64,000 nucleotides of DNA, taken from Spirochaetia bacterium (GTDB lineage Bacteria; Spirochaetota; Spirochaetia; SZUA-6; Bin103). The stretch's first letter is position 1, and each line of letters begins with the position of its first letter. Below are positions 1 through 11,865 of the stretch, in pieces. Under the pieces are notes generated by a model. It was given only the letters and a program-made list of their open reading frames with translations. It searched no databases and was not told the DNA's origin. The translations under genes were made by a program, and so were the position numbers. Location of the stretch: assembly GCA_965203515.1 (NCBI GenBank), contig OZ241907.1, positions 3,968,001 to 4,032,000 on the forward strand, in the 5' to 3' direction.

Positions 1-2
1 CG

Positions 3-299
3 GGCCTGTTGGGGCGGCTCCCGGAGTTGAGCCGGAACTCCGGTGCGCCCGGCGACCCGGCGCCGCAGTTCGCCGGCGCGGACCGGTCGGCGGTGCTGGA
101 ATTGGCGCTTCCCGACGCGGGCCAGTTCCAACTCTTCAGTGCGCCGGCCATCCTGCATGAAATCGAGTTGCAGCCGCCCGCGGCGGCGGCGCTCGGCGAC
201 CCCGTGACGATGGAGGTACAACTTCCTCCCGCCCGCTATCGGCTGGTCGGGATGCCCGTCATAGTCCATGAAGCCGAGCTTGAGACCCCGAATCGGTAG
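3..299 (+). CDS. hypothetical protein, probably 5'-truncated by the window edge
   Basis: Frame open from the window start to TAG at 299; overlaps the next gene; no recognisable motif. Confidence 0.4.
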   Translation, partial: GLLGRLPELSRNSGAPGDPAPQFAGADRSAVLELALPDAGQFQLFSAPAILHEIELQPPAAAALGDPVTMEVQLPPARYRLVGMPVIVHEAELETPNR

Positions 300-867
300 G
301 CTTCGGGCCGTCCCGCTCGCTGCGGCGCTGCTGGCCCTGACCGCCGGCGGCGTTCCGCTCGGCGCGGAAGCCGACCGGCCGTTGGAGATACGCCTGTCGA
401 TCAACGTGGTCACGCAGGACGGCCACATCTTGATGAAGCTCGACCAGTTGCAGCCGACCGTGGCCGGCCGGGGGGTCGGCGTGAAGCTGGAGCAGGCCGA
501 CCAGTTGCGGATAGAGGCGCTGTTCACGCCGGTTTGGAGCGCCGAGACCGAGCTGACGCTGCATGCCCAGGGGCGTATCTGGGTCAGCGATCAGCACGGA
601 GGGTATGGAGAAGCCCCGGTAGCCAGCACCTATCGGGCCATGCCGGTGGCGCTCGGTGACACGGTATTGTTCTTTCCGCTCGGCGGCGAGCGCGCACTGC
701 AGGGGAGCACCGAACGGTTCCACTTCCAGAGCGACGCGCTGCCGGTCGAGCCGCCCGAGCGCGATGCGGCGGACGACGGACCGGTGACGGTGCTCATCGT
801 GATGGCGGTGCAGGTGGTCGTCCCGGAGCGGACCGAAGCGGCGGAACGGCAGAACGACCTCTTCTGA
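268..867 (+). CDS. hypothetical exported protein
   Basis: 199 aa ORF with signal-peptide-like N-terminus (RLRAVPLAAALLALTAGG); co-oriented with the next gene. Confidence 0.6.
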   Translation: MKPSLRPRIGRLRAVPLAAALLALTAGGVPLGAEADRPLEIRLSINVVTQDGHILMKLDQLQPTVAGRGVGVKLEQADQLRIEALFTPVWSAETELTLHAQGRIWVSDQHGGYGEAPVASTYRAMPVALGDTVLFFPLGGERALQGSTERFHFQSDALPVEPPERDAADDGPVTVLIVMAVQVVVPERTEAAERQNDLF

Positions 868-877
868 ACGCCGCGCC

Positions 878-2530
878 GTGAGCGGCCGGCGGCCGAGCGC
901 CGGTGTCGCCCGCGCGGTGGCGGCGCTGATCCTGGTCGTGGCGGCGCTGTTTGCCATCTCCACGATGGCGGCGGCGCCGCCGCGGCTGTATGAAGCCGCG
1001 CCGCGGGTGACGGCGCCCGGGCGGGTCCTCACCCTGCACGGCCGCTTCTTCGGCGCCGAACGGGGCACCGGCGCGGTGACGTTCTCCGGCCGGGAGCCGC
1101 GCACCGGCGCCTACCGCTCCTGGTCGGACGAGCGCATCGTGGTGGTCGTACCGGCGTCGTTCGAAAGCGGTCTGGTACGCGTGGTCACCCGTGCGGGCGC
1201 CAGCGACGGGCTCCTGCTCACCTACCGCGGCGACCTGCCGAAGCCGGTCGCCGGTGAGCGGCCGCCCGGCGGCCCGCCGGTCGTCACCTCGGTGCGCCCG
1301 GCGGCGGCCGCCGTCGGTGAGCCGATCACGATCAGCGGCGCCGGCTTCGGCGCCCCGGCGGCCGGCGCCCCGCCAGCCGGCGCCGCGGTGCGGTTCGCGG
1401 CCGCCGCCGGTCCCGGCCCGGTGGTGGAGTCCTCCGACGTCGATCTGGATCACGTCCGCTGGAGCGACCGGCGGATCGTCGTGCGCGTGCCGGCCGGCGC
1501 CCGGTCGGGCACGGTATCGGTCCGCACCTCCGCCGGCGTAAGCGCCGCTCGTGACTTCCGGGTCCGCACCGAGGTGGGGACGATCCGCTATCGCGATCCC
1601 CGCGGCTACGCGGTGACCCATGCGGTGACCGTCGATGGGGTGAGCGCCGCCGGCGGCAACGATCTCTACCTGTGGATTCCCGCGATCCCGGCGACGCCGG
1701 CGCAGCGGCACGAGGCCGAGCCGGCCGCGAACGCGCGGCCGATCCTGCGCGATCCGGCGGGCGTCGGGCTGTTCCGCCTTCACGATCTGGCGGCGGGCGG
1801 CAGCCGTGAGGTGCGGCTCCGCTACCGGCTGCGCCGCTATGCGATCGAGACCGGTATCGAGCCGGCGAACGTGCGCGCGTACCGCACCGGCGACCGGTTC
1901 TACGTCCGCTTCACCGGCGGCGACGCGCTGGTCCCGTCCGGGGACCCCTTGCCGGCCGTCGCCGAGCGGGCCGTACGCGGCTACGTGAATCCCCTGTGGC
2001 GGGCGCGGATGATATTCCAGTACGTGGTCGCTCGACTGCGGCCGGCCGACGAAGGCGGCGCGCGCACCGCCTTCGTCGGCGCGGAGCCGATGGAGGTGGT
2101 GCTGGCGGCGATCGACCGGCGTTACGCCGCGCCGTACGAGTACGCGGTCACGTTCAGCGCCGTCGCCCGCGCCGCCGGCATTCCGGCGCGGCCGGTGGCG
2201 GGATACCTGATCGGCGACGACGGGCGCGCGGAGCCGCACTACTGGGCGGAGTTCTACCTGCAGGACTTCGGCTGGGTGCCGGTGGATCCGGCGGCCGGCG
2301 ACGGCGCCGCCCCGCTGCCGGCGGCCGGCGGCGCCGCCGACTTCTTCGGCAACCTGGACAGCCGCAGGATCGTCCTGGCCAAGGGGGTGGCCGACCCGCC
2401 GGCGATCGCGCGCGGCCGGCGCGTGCGGCGCGCGCAGGTCACCGGGCTGCAGACCGCGCACGAGGACGCGGTGGGCGCCCTGAACGGGTACCGCGCGCGC
2501 TGGCAGCTGACCGTCACCGAGCGGTTCTGA
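878..2530 (+). CDS. IPT/TIG-domain plus transglutaminase-like protein (catalytic Cys not visible)
   Basis: N-terminal TM; two IPT-like repeats (G..LTLHGRFFG..WSDERIVVVVP; ITISGAGFG..WSDRRIVVRVP); C-terminal RAAGIPARPVAGY..HYWAEFYLQDFGWVPVDP. Confidence 0.8.
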   Translation: MSGRRPSAGVARAVAALILVVAALFAISTMAAAPPRLYEAAPRVTAPGRVLTLHGRFFGAERGTGAVTFSGREPRTGAYRSWSDERIVVVVPASFESGLVRVVTRAGASDGLLLTYRGDLPKPVAGERPPGGPPVVTSVRPAAAAVGEPITISGAGFGAPAAGAPPAGAAVRFAAAAGPGPVVESSDVDLDHVRWSDRRIVVRVPAGARSGTVSVRTSAGVSAARDFRVRTEVGTIRYRDPRGYAVTHAVTVDGVSAAGGNDLYLWIPAIPATPAQRHEAEPAANARPILRDPAGVGLFRLHDLAAGGSREVRLRYRLRRYAIETGIEPANVRAYRTGDRFYVRFTGGDALVPSGDPLPAVAERAVRGYVNPLWRARMIFQYVVARLRPADEGGARTAFVGAEPMEVVLAAIDRRYAAPYEYAVTFSAVARAAGIPARPVAGYLIGDDGRAEPHYWAEFYLQDFGWVPVDPAAGDGAAPLPAAGGAADFFGNLDSRRIVLAKGVADPPAIARGRRVRRAQVTGLQTAHEDAVGALNGYRARWQLTVTERF

Positions 2531-2561
2531 CGGCCGGATGATCTACGTCTCCGGTACGGTA

Positions 2562-2633
2562 AGGCGCCGACCGGAATCGAACCGGTGCATAAAGGTTTTG
2601 CAGACCTCTCCCTTACCTCTTGGGTACGGCGCC
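2562..2633 (-). tRNA. tRNA-Cys(GCA)
   Basis: Reverse complement GGCGCCGTACCCAAGAGGTAAGGGAGAGGTCTGCAAAACCTTTATGCACCGGTTCGATTCCGGTCGGCGCCT: acceptor stem, GCA anticodon, GGTTCGA T-loop; CCA not encoded. Confidence 0.95.
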
Positions 2634-2739
2634 GCGTCGCGCGCCATGGTGCGCGCCGGACGGCGGGGTGTCGATCCCCCGCGACCGATACCATAGCATG
2701 CCGTGTCCGACCATATCGTGTCCCGACCTGCGGTGCCGC

Positions 2740-4785
2740 TCAGCGCTCGGCGCACGCGGCGCGCAGCTCGCGGCGCATCACCTTGTTGGATGCGGTGCGC
2801 GGCAGGGCGTCGACCAGGCGCACCTCCGCGATCTTGAACAGCGGGTTGAGCCGTTCGGCGAGGGCGCGCTGCAATGCCGGGAGCGGATCGGGCATCGGCC
2901 CCGCCGACCCCGCGAAGGCCGACCCCGCGAAGGCCGGCACCGCGAAGACCACCAGCCGGTCCGGGCCGCCGTGCCGGTCGGCGACCGCCACGGCCGCGCA
3001 TTCGCCGATTCCGTCCACGCCGGACAGGGCGCGCTCGATCTCGGCGGCGGATACCTTGATCCCGGAAAGGTTCATCGTGTCGTCGACCCGCCCCAACGCC
3101 CGGTAGTAGCCGCCGGGCAGCCGCTGCACGTGGTCGCCGTGGCGGCGCAACGGCCGTCCGCCGACGGACGGCGTTCCGGCCAGATAGACCCGGTCATGGT
3201 CCTGGTTGAGCAACTCGGTCGACAGGCCGACCGACGGCGGGACCAGGAACAGCTCGCCGTCGTCGGCCGGTCGGCCCTGCTCGTCGCGGATCGTCACGTC
3301 CAGTCCGAACGCCGGCGTCGTGAAGGTCGCCGGGGCCGCCGGCTGATCCATGGTCGCGGAGAGATAGCCGCCGCCGATCTCGGTGCCGCCGCAGTACTCG
3401 ATGACCGGGCGGTAGCCGGCCAGCCCCATCAGGTAGAGTTGGTCGTCGGGGTCGGAACATTCGCCGGTCGAGCTGAAGCGGCGTATGCGGCTCCAATCGA
3501 TGCCCTCCATGCAGCGGGAGCGGCGCCAGATGCGGACCAGCGTCGGCACCAGGCCCAGCATGGTGACGCCGGCGTCGCGCACGAACCGGCCAAAGTCCGA
3601 ACCCTTCGGGCCGGGGTAGTACAAGGCGAGGGTGGCTCGGTTGAGGAGCGCCGCGTAGATCAGCCACGGCCCCATCATCCATCCCAGGCTGGTGGGCCAC
3701 GCCAGCACGTCGTCCGGCCGGACGTCCTGCAGCAGCAGGGCGTCCGCCGCGCACTTGATCGGCGTCAGGTGCGTCCAGGGGATCGCCTTGGGATCGCCGG
3801 TGGTGCCGGACGAGAACAGGATGTTGGTGTGGGCTCCGGCCGGACGGATGACCGCTCCCGCCGGGTCGGCTGCCGCGACCTGCTGCCAGGGCGTATCGGC
3901 GCCGCGCGGCCGGCGGCCGTCGGGAAGCTCGCCGATCACGATCGCCGCCAGATCGGGAGCGGCGTCCAGCAGCCGCTCGTAGGTGGCCGTGCCGACGATC
4001 GCCAGCGACGCTCCGGTGATGCGCAAGCGGACCGCCACCTGCGGGGCGGCAAAGCTGTCGGCGATCGAGACCGCCGCGCAGCCGGCCAGGATCACGCCCA
4101 GGTAGGCGGCGACCGCCTCTACCGTCATCGGCAGGTACAGCGCCACGCGCGTCCCCGGCCGCAGACCGCGCGCCCGGCAGTGGCCCGCCACGGCGTGCGC
4201 CAGCCGCGCCAGCTCGGCGCCGCTCACCGCGGCGAGCGGCCCGTCTTCACGGGCGCGATAGACGACCGCCGGCCGGTCGCCCCCGCGCAGGCAGTGCTCG
4301 GCGATGTTCAGCCGCGCCTCGGGAAACCAGCGCCCGTCGCGAAGCGGCGGCCCCGGATTCCCCCGGAAGTCGATACCGAGCCGCTCGCACGTGATCTGCC
4401 AGAAGGCGGCGCGGTGCTCGATCGACCAGCGGTGCAGCGCCGCTACGCCGTCGACGCCCACGGCCCGCGCCAGCCGCCGCACGTTGCTGTCGCCCGGCTC
4501 CCCGGCCGGCCGCTCCATCGCCGGCAACCACGCCGGCGGCGGCGGCAGCTCCGGGGCGCGGCCGGCGTACGCCGCCGCGAAGCAGAGTCGATGCACCGCG
4601 AACGGAATGCGGGTGAACGGCAGCGGCTCGCGCAGCGCCTCACGCACCATCCGCTGCCAGCGCCGCTCTCCGGTCGGCTCGGTCAGGCAGCGATCGATGC
4701 GCTCTGCCAACGCGGCGGCGCCGGCCGCTCCGAGCGGCTCCGGCGCCGCCAGAATCGAGGCCCGCAGCCCCGTATGCGCCTCCAT
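2740..4785 (-). CDS. AMP-binding acyl-CoA synthetase (acetate/acetoacetate-CoA ligase-like); start approximate
   Basis: ILFSSGTTGDPK P-loop, YCGGTEIGG, GRVDD, LPRTASNKVMRR adenylation motifs. Confidence 0.88.
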   Translation of the reverse strand: MEAHTGLRASILAAPEPLGAAGAAALAERIDRCLTEPTGERRWQRMVREALREPLPFTRIPFAVHRLCFAAAYAGRAPELPPPPAWLPAMERPAGEPGDSNVRRLARAVGVDGVAALHRWSIEHRAAFWQITCERLGIDFRGNPGPPLRDGRWFPEARLNIAEHCLRGGDRPAVVYRAREDGPLAAVSGAELARLAHAVAGHCRARGLRPGTRVALYLPMTVEAVAAYLGVILAGCAAVSIADSFAAPQVAVRLRITGASLAIVGTATYERLLDAAPDLAAIVIGELPDGRRPRGADTPWQQVAAADPAGAVIRPAGAHTNILFSSGTTGDPKAIPWTHLTPIKCAADALLLQDVRPDDVLAWPTSLGWMMGPWLIYAALLNRATLALYYPGPKGSDFGRFVRDAGVTMLGLVPTLVRIWRRSRCMEGIDWSRIRRFSSTGECSDPDDQLYLMGLAGYRPVIEYCGGTEIGGGYLSATMDQPAAPATFTTPAFGLDVTIRDEQGRPADDGELFLVPPSVGLSTELLNQDHDRVYLAGTPSVGGRPLRRHGDHVQRLPGGYYRALGRVDDTMNLSGIKVSAAEIERALSGVDGIGECAAVAVADRHGGPDRLVVFAVPAFAGSAFAGSAGPMPDPLPALQRALAERLNPLFKIAEVRLVDALPRTASNKVMRRELRAACAER

Positions 4786-4902
4786 TCCCAGACGCTGGAG
4801 TCTGTCCCACCGCCGGTCGCGCGGCAAGCCGCATACCCCCGGCCGCGCGCCGGTCGCGCGCCGGTTGCGTGCGGCCCCGCACGGCGGTACCCTGTTCGGT
4901 GC

Positions 4903-6006
4903 ATGGCACGAGGGCGAGCCGTGACGCCGGCCGGCCGGACCATGGTGCAGCGCCTGAGCCCCGACGGGGCGCTGGCTGCCGACTGCCGGGACGAACCCGG
5001 CATGACCGACCGGCAACTGCTGTACGCGTTCGGCGTGATGATCCAGTCGCGCGCCATCGACGAGTGGGCGGTCAGCCTGACCCGGCAGGGCCGGCTGCTG
5101 CCCTATCCGCCCGCCGTCGGCCAGGAGGCCAACAGCGTCGGCGGCGCCATGGCGTTGCGCGAAGATGACTGGATCGTGCACGCGTACCGCGAGCTGGGCG
5201 CGTTGCTGGTGCGCGGCCTGCCGATCACCGCGCACTTCCAGTACTGGTACGGCGTGGAGGACGGCAGCCGGCTCGACATCGACCGCTACCATCTGGCGCC
5301 GGTGTCGATCCCGATCGGCTCGCAACTCCCGCACGCGATCGGGCTGGCGTTCGCGGAGCGTCATCAGGGACGCGACCGCGTGGTGCTCTGCTACTGCGGG
5401 GACGGCGCCACCTCGCAGGGGGACTTTCACGAGTCGCTCACCTTCGCCGGCGTCTGGAAGACCCCGACGGTGTTCTACGTCCAGAACAACCAGTACGCGC
5501 TGTCGACGCCGCGGGACGCCCAGTGCGCTGCGCCTTCGCTGGCGGCCAAGGCCGACGGCTACGGCTTTCCCGGCGTGCAGGTCGACGGCAACGACGTCAC
5601 CGCCGTCCATCAGGTGGTGCGCGAAGCGGTGCGCCGGGCACGGGCCGGCGGCGGGCCGACGTTGATCGAGGGCATCACCTATCGGGTAGGCGCGCACACC
5701 ACCACCGACGATCCGACCCGCTACCGCACCCGCGAGGAGGAACGCGCGTGGGAGCGGCACGATCCGATCAGGCGGTTGCAGCGGCTCCTGACCGATCGGG
5801 GGCTGCTCACGGAGGCGGACACCCGGTCGCTGGTGGCTGAGGCGCGGATCAAGGCGCGGCAGGCGTTCGAAGAGGTGGAGTCGGCGTCCGACCCGGAGCT
5901 GGAGGCCGGCTTCCGTCACACCTTCGCGGAGCCGCCGCCGCTCCTTCGGGATCAGCTTGCGCGGCTGCGCGAGCTGCGCGGCGATCGGGCGCGGGACGAC
6001 CGTTGA
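4903..6006 (+). CDS. pdhA: pyruvate/2-oxoacid dehydrogenase E1 alpha
   Basis: GQEA, YRE, TPP motif GDGATSQGDFHE..NNQYA, TYRVGAHTTTDDP; true start lies inside the long ORF 2620..6006. Confidence 0.9.
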   Translation: MARGRAVTPAGRTMVQRLSPDGALAADCRDEPGMTDRQLLYAFGVMIQSRAIDEWAVSLTRQGRLLPYPPAVGQEANSVGGAMALREDDWIVHAYRELGALLVRGLPITAHFQYWYGVEDGSRLDIDRYHLAPVSIPIGSQLPHAIGLAFAERHQGRDRVVLCYCGDGATSQGDFHESLTFAGVWKTPTVFYVQNNQYALSTPRDAQCAAPSLAAKADGYGFPGVQVDGNDVTAVHQVVREAVRRARAGGGPTLIEGITYRVGAHTTTDDPTRYRTREEERAWERHDPIRRLQRLLTDRGLLTEADTRSLVAEARIKARQAFEEVESASDPELEAGFRHTFAEPPPLLRDQLARLRELRGDRARDDR

Positions 6007-6007
6007 G

Positions 6008-6982
6008 ATGACGGCGGTCAATCTGGTCTCGTCCATCAACGACGGGCTGCGCACGGAGATGCGGCTCGACGAGCGGGTGATCGCCTTCGGGGAGGACATC
6101 GGCGTCAACGGCGGCGTATTTCGCGCCACCACCGGACTGCAGCAGGAGTTCGGGCCGTCGCGGTGCTTCGACACCCCCCTGGCGGAGAGCGCTGCGGTCG
6201 GCGGCGCGCTCGGCATGGCGGTGGCAGGCCTGCGGCCGGTGGTGGAGATCCAGTTCAGCGGGTTCATCTGGACGGCGTTCAACCAGATCATCAACCACGT
6301 GGCGCGTATCCGCACCCGCACGCAGGGCGCGTTCACCGCGCCGCTGGTGATCCGCATGCCGTACGGCGGCGGCGTCCGCGCGCTGGAGCACCACAGCGAG
6401 AGCATGGAGGCGATCCTGGCGCACGTACCCGGCATCAAGGTGGTGATCCCGTCCACGCCGCATGACGCCAAGGGGTTGTTGATCGCCGCGATCCGCGACC
6501 CCGATCCGGTGATCTTCATGGAGCCCAAGCGCGTCTATCAGGCGCCCCGGCAGGAGATCCCCGCAGGCGACTTCGTCATCCCGCTGGGCACCGCGCGGGT
6601 GGCGGCGCCGGGCAGCGACCTGACCATCGTCTCCTACGGCGCGCAGATGAAGGAGGCGATCGCCGCGGCGCACCGACTGCGCGGCGAGGCGTCGGTAGAG
6701 GTGATCGACCTGCGCACGATCTACCCGCCCGATCTGACCGCGGTGGTCGAGTCGGTGCGCCGGACCGGGCGCCTGCTGGTGGTGCACGAGGGGCCGCGTT
6801 CGTACGGCGTCGGCGCGGAGCTGACCGCAGTCGTGGCCGAGCAGGCGTTTCTGCACCTGGAGGCGCCGCCCGCGCGCCTGACCGGCAGCGACATCGTCGT
6901 GCCGCTGCCGCGGCATGAGCGCCATTACCTGATCAGCGTCGCCGACATCGTCGCCGCGGCCCGGCGGCTGCTGAGCTATTGA
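6008..6982 (+). CDS. pdhB: pyruvate/2-oxoacid dehydrogenase E1 beta
   Basis: GEDIGVNGGVFRAT, DTPLAES, EIQF, ALEHHSES, VIDLRTIYP. Confidence 0.92.
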   Translation: MTAVNLVSSINDGLRTEMRLDERVIAFGEDIGVNGGVFRATTGLQQEFGPSRCFDTPLAESAAVGGALGMAVAGLRPVVEIQFSGFIWTAFNQIINHVARIRTRTQGAFTAPLVIRMPYGGGVRALEHHSESMEAILAHVPGIKVVIPSTPHDAKGLLIAAIRDPDPVIFMEPKRVYQAPRQEIPAGDFVIPLGTARVAAPGSDLTIVSYGAQMKEAIAAAHRLRGEASVEVIDLRTIYPPDLTAVVESVRRTGRLLVVHEGPRSYGVGAELTAVVAEQAFLHLEAPPARLTGSDIVVPLPRHERHYLISVADIVAAARRLLSY

Positions 6983-6996
6983 GGCGGTGGGTCACG

Positions 6997-8430
6997 ATGT
7001 ATGAGTTCAGGTTCCCGGACATCGGCGAGGGGTTGCACGAAGGGAAGATCCTGGAGCTGAAGCTGCGGCCTGGCGATGCGGTCGAAGAGGGCGATATCCT
7101 CGCCATCGTCGAGACCGACAAGGTGGTGGCGGAGATCCCGTCGCCCAAGACCGGCGTGCTGCGCCGCTTCGGATCGACGGCCGGGCAGATCATCAAGGTC
7201 GGCGATCCGTTCGCTTACATCGAGGTGGACGGCGACGAGGCGGGCGGCGAAGAGGCGCTCGATCCGGGCGAGACCGGCGACCGCGCCGGGGACGATCGGC
7301 CGCGGCCGGACGACGGCGCTACCGTCGTCGGCCGGCTGGATGCCGGCGGCGATCTGCTTCCCCCCAGTGACGAGGCCGTGCCGGGCGGGAACGACGACCG
7401 GCCGCCGCAACCCGCGCCGGAGCCGGAGGCCGGCCCTGCCGCCGCTTCCGGCCCTGCCGCCGCTTCCGGCCCTGCCGCCGCTTCCGGCCCTGCCGCCGCT
7501 TCCGGCCCGGTGCTGGCGACCCCGGCCGCGCGCCGCTTGGCGCGCGACCTGAACGTCGACCTCCGCTCGGTGCCGGGCACCGGCGACGGCGGCCGCATCC
7601 GCAAGGAGGACATCCTCAAGGCGGCCGACGCCCGCACCGGCGTGCCGGTGGCCGCGCCGCCCGCGCACGGCCCGCCTGCCGGCAACGCGTTCGGCTTCCC
7701 GTTGATCGACGACCCGCTCACCAGGCCGGTCGACCTGCCGGCCGGGCAACGGGTGGAGCTGACCATCCTGCGCAAGACCATCGCGCGCAACATGGAGCTG
7801 AGCCGCCGGATACCGACCGCCATCGTCCACGATCTGGGCGAGGTCGACGAGCTGGTGGAGCTGCGCGCCAAGGCCAACCGCAACCGCGCCGCCCACATCA
7901 GCTACCAGCCGTTCTTCATGAAGGCGCTGGCGACCGCGTTGCGCGACGTGCCGGTCCTCAACGCCACCTACGACGCGGTCTCCCAGGAGGTGACCGCGTA
8001 TCGCGAGGTCAACATCGGCTTCGCCGTCAACACCGAGGCGGGCGTGCTGTTGCCGGTGATCCGCAACGTCGACACCAGCACGATCCTGACGATCGATCGC
8101 CGGATGAAGCAGCTCGTGGCCGCCGCCCGCAGCCGCTCGCTGGCCGCCGACGACCTGCGCGGCGGCACCTTCGCGCTGACCAACTTCGGGCCGTTCGGCG
8201 GTCTGTGGGCAGCGCCGATGATCTACCCGCCGCAGGTGGCGATCCTGGGCATAGGCCGTATCCATCAGGCGCCGCGCGTGGTCGACGACGGGGCGATCGA
8301 GGCTCGCGTGGTGCTCCCCGTGTCGCTGGCGTTCGATCATCGCGTGGTGGACGGCGTCCCGGCCGCCACCTTCGTGTCGCGGTTCCTGGAGCTCCTGTGC
8401 TCGCCGCAGGAGTTGCTGGTATCGATGTAA
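6997..8430 (+). CDS. pdhC: dihydrolipoamide acyltransferase E2
   Basis: Lipoyl domain PDIGEG..ETDKV, E3-binding ATPAARRLARD..GTGDGGRIRKEDI, catalytic DHRVVDG. Confidence 0.92.
   Translation: MYEFRFPDIGEGLHEGKILELKLRPGDAVEEGDILAIVETDKVVAEIPSPKTGVLRRFGSTAGQIIKVGDPFAYIEVDGDEAGGEEALDPGETGDRAGDDRPRPDDGATVVGRLDAGGDLLPPSDEAVPGGNDDRPPQPAPEPEAGPAAASGPAAASGPAAASGPAAASGPVLATPAARRLARDLNVDLRSVPGTGDGGRIRKEDILKAADARTGVPVAAPPAHGPPAGNAFGFPLIDDPLTRPVDLPAGQRVELTILRKTIARNMELSRRIPTAIVHDLGEVDELVELRAKANRNRAAHISYQPFFMKALATALRDVPVLNATYDAVSQEVTAYREVNIGFAVNTEAGVLLPVIRNVDTSTILTIDRRMKQLVAAARSRSLAADDLRGGTFALTNFGPFGGLWAAPMIYPPQVAILGIGRIHQAPRVVDDGAIEARVVLPVSLAFDHRVVDGVPAATFVSRFLELLCSPQELLVSM
7432..7508 (+). repeat. 18-bp in-frame tandem repeat (GGCCCTGCCGCCGCTTCC x4) in the E2 linker
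   Basis: Four exact copies plus a partial, encoding GPAAAS. Confidence 0.95.
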
Positions 8431-8440
8431 GTCGGTCCGG

Positions 8441-9262
8441 GTGACCGGGCCTCCGCCGCCGGCGCCGCGCGCGGTCAGCCCGTGGGGGGCGCCGATCCAC
8501 CGCCTGCGCACGACCGCCTCGACCATGGACGAGGCGGTGCGGCTGATCGCCGCGTCGCCCCCGCACGGGACCGCGGTCACCGCCGACCGCCAGACCGCCG
8601 GGCGCGGCCGCGCGCCCGGCAGCCGCTGGCGGTCGGCGGCCGGCGCCAACCTGCTGCTGACGCTCATGCTGCGCCGCACCGTGACCGCGGCGGCGCCGGC
8701 TACGGTGCCGCTGCGCGCCGGCTGCGCGCTGGCGGAGGTGGCCGCGGCGCTGGGGCTGGCGCCCTCCATCAAGTGGCCCAACGACCTGCTGGTCGGCGGC
8801 CGCAAGCTGGCCGGCGTGCTCTGCACCGTCACCGGCGGCTGGCTGCTGGTGGGCATAGGCATGAACTGCAACCAGCGGTCGTTCCCCCCGGACGCCGGAG
8901 CGGCGACCTCGCTGGCCCTGTGCCTGGGGCGCAGCGTCGATCGCGCCCGGGTCGAGCGGGACGTGCTGGAGGCCGTGCGCCGGCTGCTCGCTGCCGGCGA
9001 CTGGCTCGTCCGGTTGCGCGGGCGGCTGGCCGGGGTCGGCCGTGCGGCGCGGGTGGAGCAGGGCGGCCGCGTGGTCGCCGGCGTGCTGATCGGGGTCGAC
9101 CGCGACGGCGCGCTGCTGCTCCGCACCGGCGCCGGCGCCGCCGCGCGCGTGCTGAGCGGCAGCCTGACGCTCGGGCCGGCGCCGACCGCAGAAAATTTCG
9201 CCGCGGATGTTGGCGGCGGCGGCGGGAATTGCTATCTTGACCCCATAACTCCCACTACATAA
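8441..9262 (+). CDS. birA: biotin-[acetyl-CoA-carboxylase] ligase (no HTH)
   Basis: STMD, QTAGRGR, KWPND, KLAGVL, GIGMN. Confidence 0.9.
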   Translation: MTGPPPPAPRAVSPWGAPIHRLRTTASTMDEAVRLIAASPPHGTAVTADRQTAGRGRAPGSRWRSAAGANLLLTLMLRRTVTAAAPATVPLRAGCALAEVAAALGLAPSIKWPNDLLVGGRKLAGVLCTVTGGWLLVGIGMNCNQRSFPPDAGAATSLALCLGRSVDRARVERDVLEAVRRLLAAGDWLVRLRGRLAGVGRAARVEQGGRVVAGVLIGVDRDGALLLRTGAGAAARVLSGSLTLGPAPTAENFAADVGGGGGNCYLDPITPTT

Positions 9263-9277
9263 CTCTGGAAAGGGTGA

Positions 9278-10927
<1,650 letters not shown>

Positions 10928-11027
10928 TCCGTCCTGCCGATCCCGCGTCGTCATCCATGCACTCCGGCGGGTCACGCCAGGCCTCACGTCCGCGTTGCGC
11001 GGGCGTGGGGCCTCTCTCGTCAGCCTC

Positions 11028-11354
11028 ATGAAGATACCGATGAGACGCGCCTCGCGCAGGCTGTTGCGGGCCGACTTCATGTTCACCATCGGCTATCGCG
11101 GCGGCGTCGCCATGGTCGACCGCACCGCCCGGCGCCGCTATGGCCGGCTGTCGTGCCGGGGACTGCTGGAGCACGGCCTCTACAAGGCGGCGCTGTGCGC
11201 CGCAGAGTACGACGGTGACGCCCCGGCGCAGCAGGCGGTGCTGCGGTCCTACAACGCCGATGCGGTCGTGCCGGTAGCGGACATGGACGAGCTTCGCGCC
11301 CGTTTCGGCGTGTTCGGCGTGCCGGACACCGTGACCGGGGTCGAGCGGGTATGA
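11028..11354 (+). CDS. hypothetical protein
   Basis: Fills the groEL-yajC gap; plausible codon usage; no motif recognised; start uncertain. Confidence 0.5.
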   Translation: MKIPMRRASRRLLRADFMFTIGYRGGVAMVDRTARRRYGRLSCRGLLEHGLYKAALCAAEYDGDAPAQQAVLRSYNADAVVPVADMDELRARFGVFGVPDTVTGVERV

Positions 11355-11492
11355 CCTTCCGGAAGCCGGCGCGGCGGCGCTGTTGTGCCGGAGCCGTCCT
11401 CGTGATAGCGTCGGGGCCGCCGGCGGGCCGGGGTGCTCCGGTCCGCCCGCACGGCCTGCAGGAAACCAAGCGACTCTGAGGAAACCGCCGTA

Positions 11493-11780
11493 ATGCAACC
11501 CAACGACCCGATAACCACGCTGATTCTGCCGTTCGCGGCCATCTTCCTGATCTTCTACTTCCTGGTGCTCCGCCCGCAGAGCAAGAAGCGCAAGCAGACC
11601 AAGCTGTACCTGGAAGGCCTCAAGAAGGGCGACAAGGTGGTCACCATCGGGGGGATGCACGGGGTGATCACCGCCATCCGCGAAGACGCCGGTACGCTCA
11701 CGCTGAAGGTGGACGACGATACCAAGATCGAATTCGACAAGGCTGCCGTCCGATCGCCGGACAGTACCGACTCGAAGTAG
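11493..11780 (+). CDS. yajC: preprotein translocase subunit YajC
   Basis: IFYFLVLRPQ..LKKGDKVVTIGGMHG; upstream of secDF. Confidence 0.93.
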   Translation: MQPNDPITTLILPFAAIFLIFYFLVLRPQSKKRKQTKLYLEGLKKGDKVVTIGGMHGVITAIREDAGTLTLKVDDDTKIEFDKAAVRSPDSTDSK

Positions 11781-11865
11781 TGCCGCCGGACCGCTGCCGG
11801 CGCGCCCCGCTCCGCCATGCCAAACCTCCATCCGTACCTGCGCCGGCGCCTGATGGGCCGATCCG

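Noticed and set aside
2562..2633. tRNA-Cys or tRNA-Ile as island integration sites
   Set aside because: No duplicated tRNA 3' end and no integrase seen nearby
4903..8430. Absence of E3 (lpd) from the dehydrogenase operon
   Set aside because: E3 is commonly shared and encoded elsewhere
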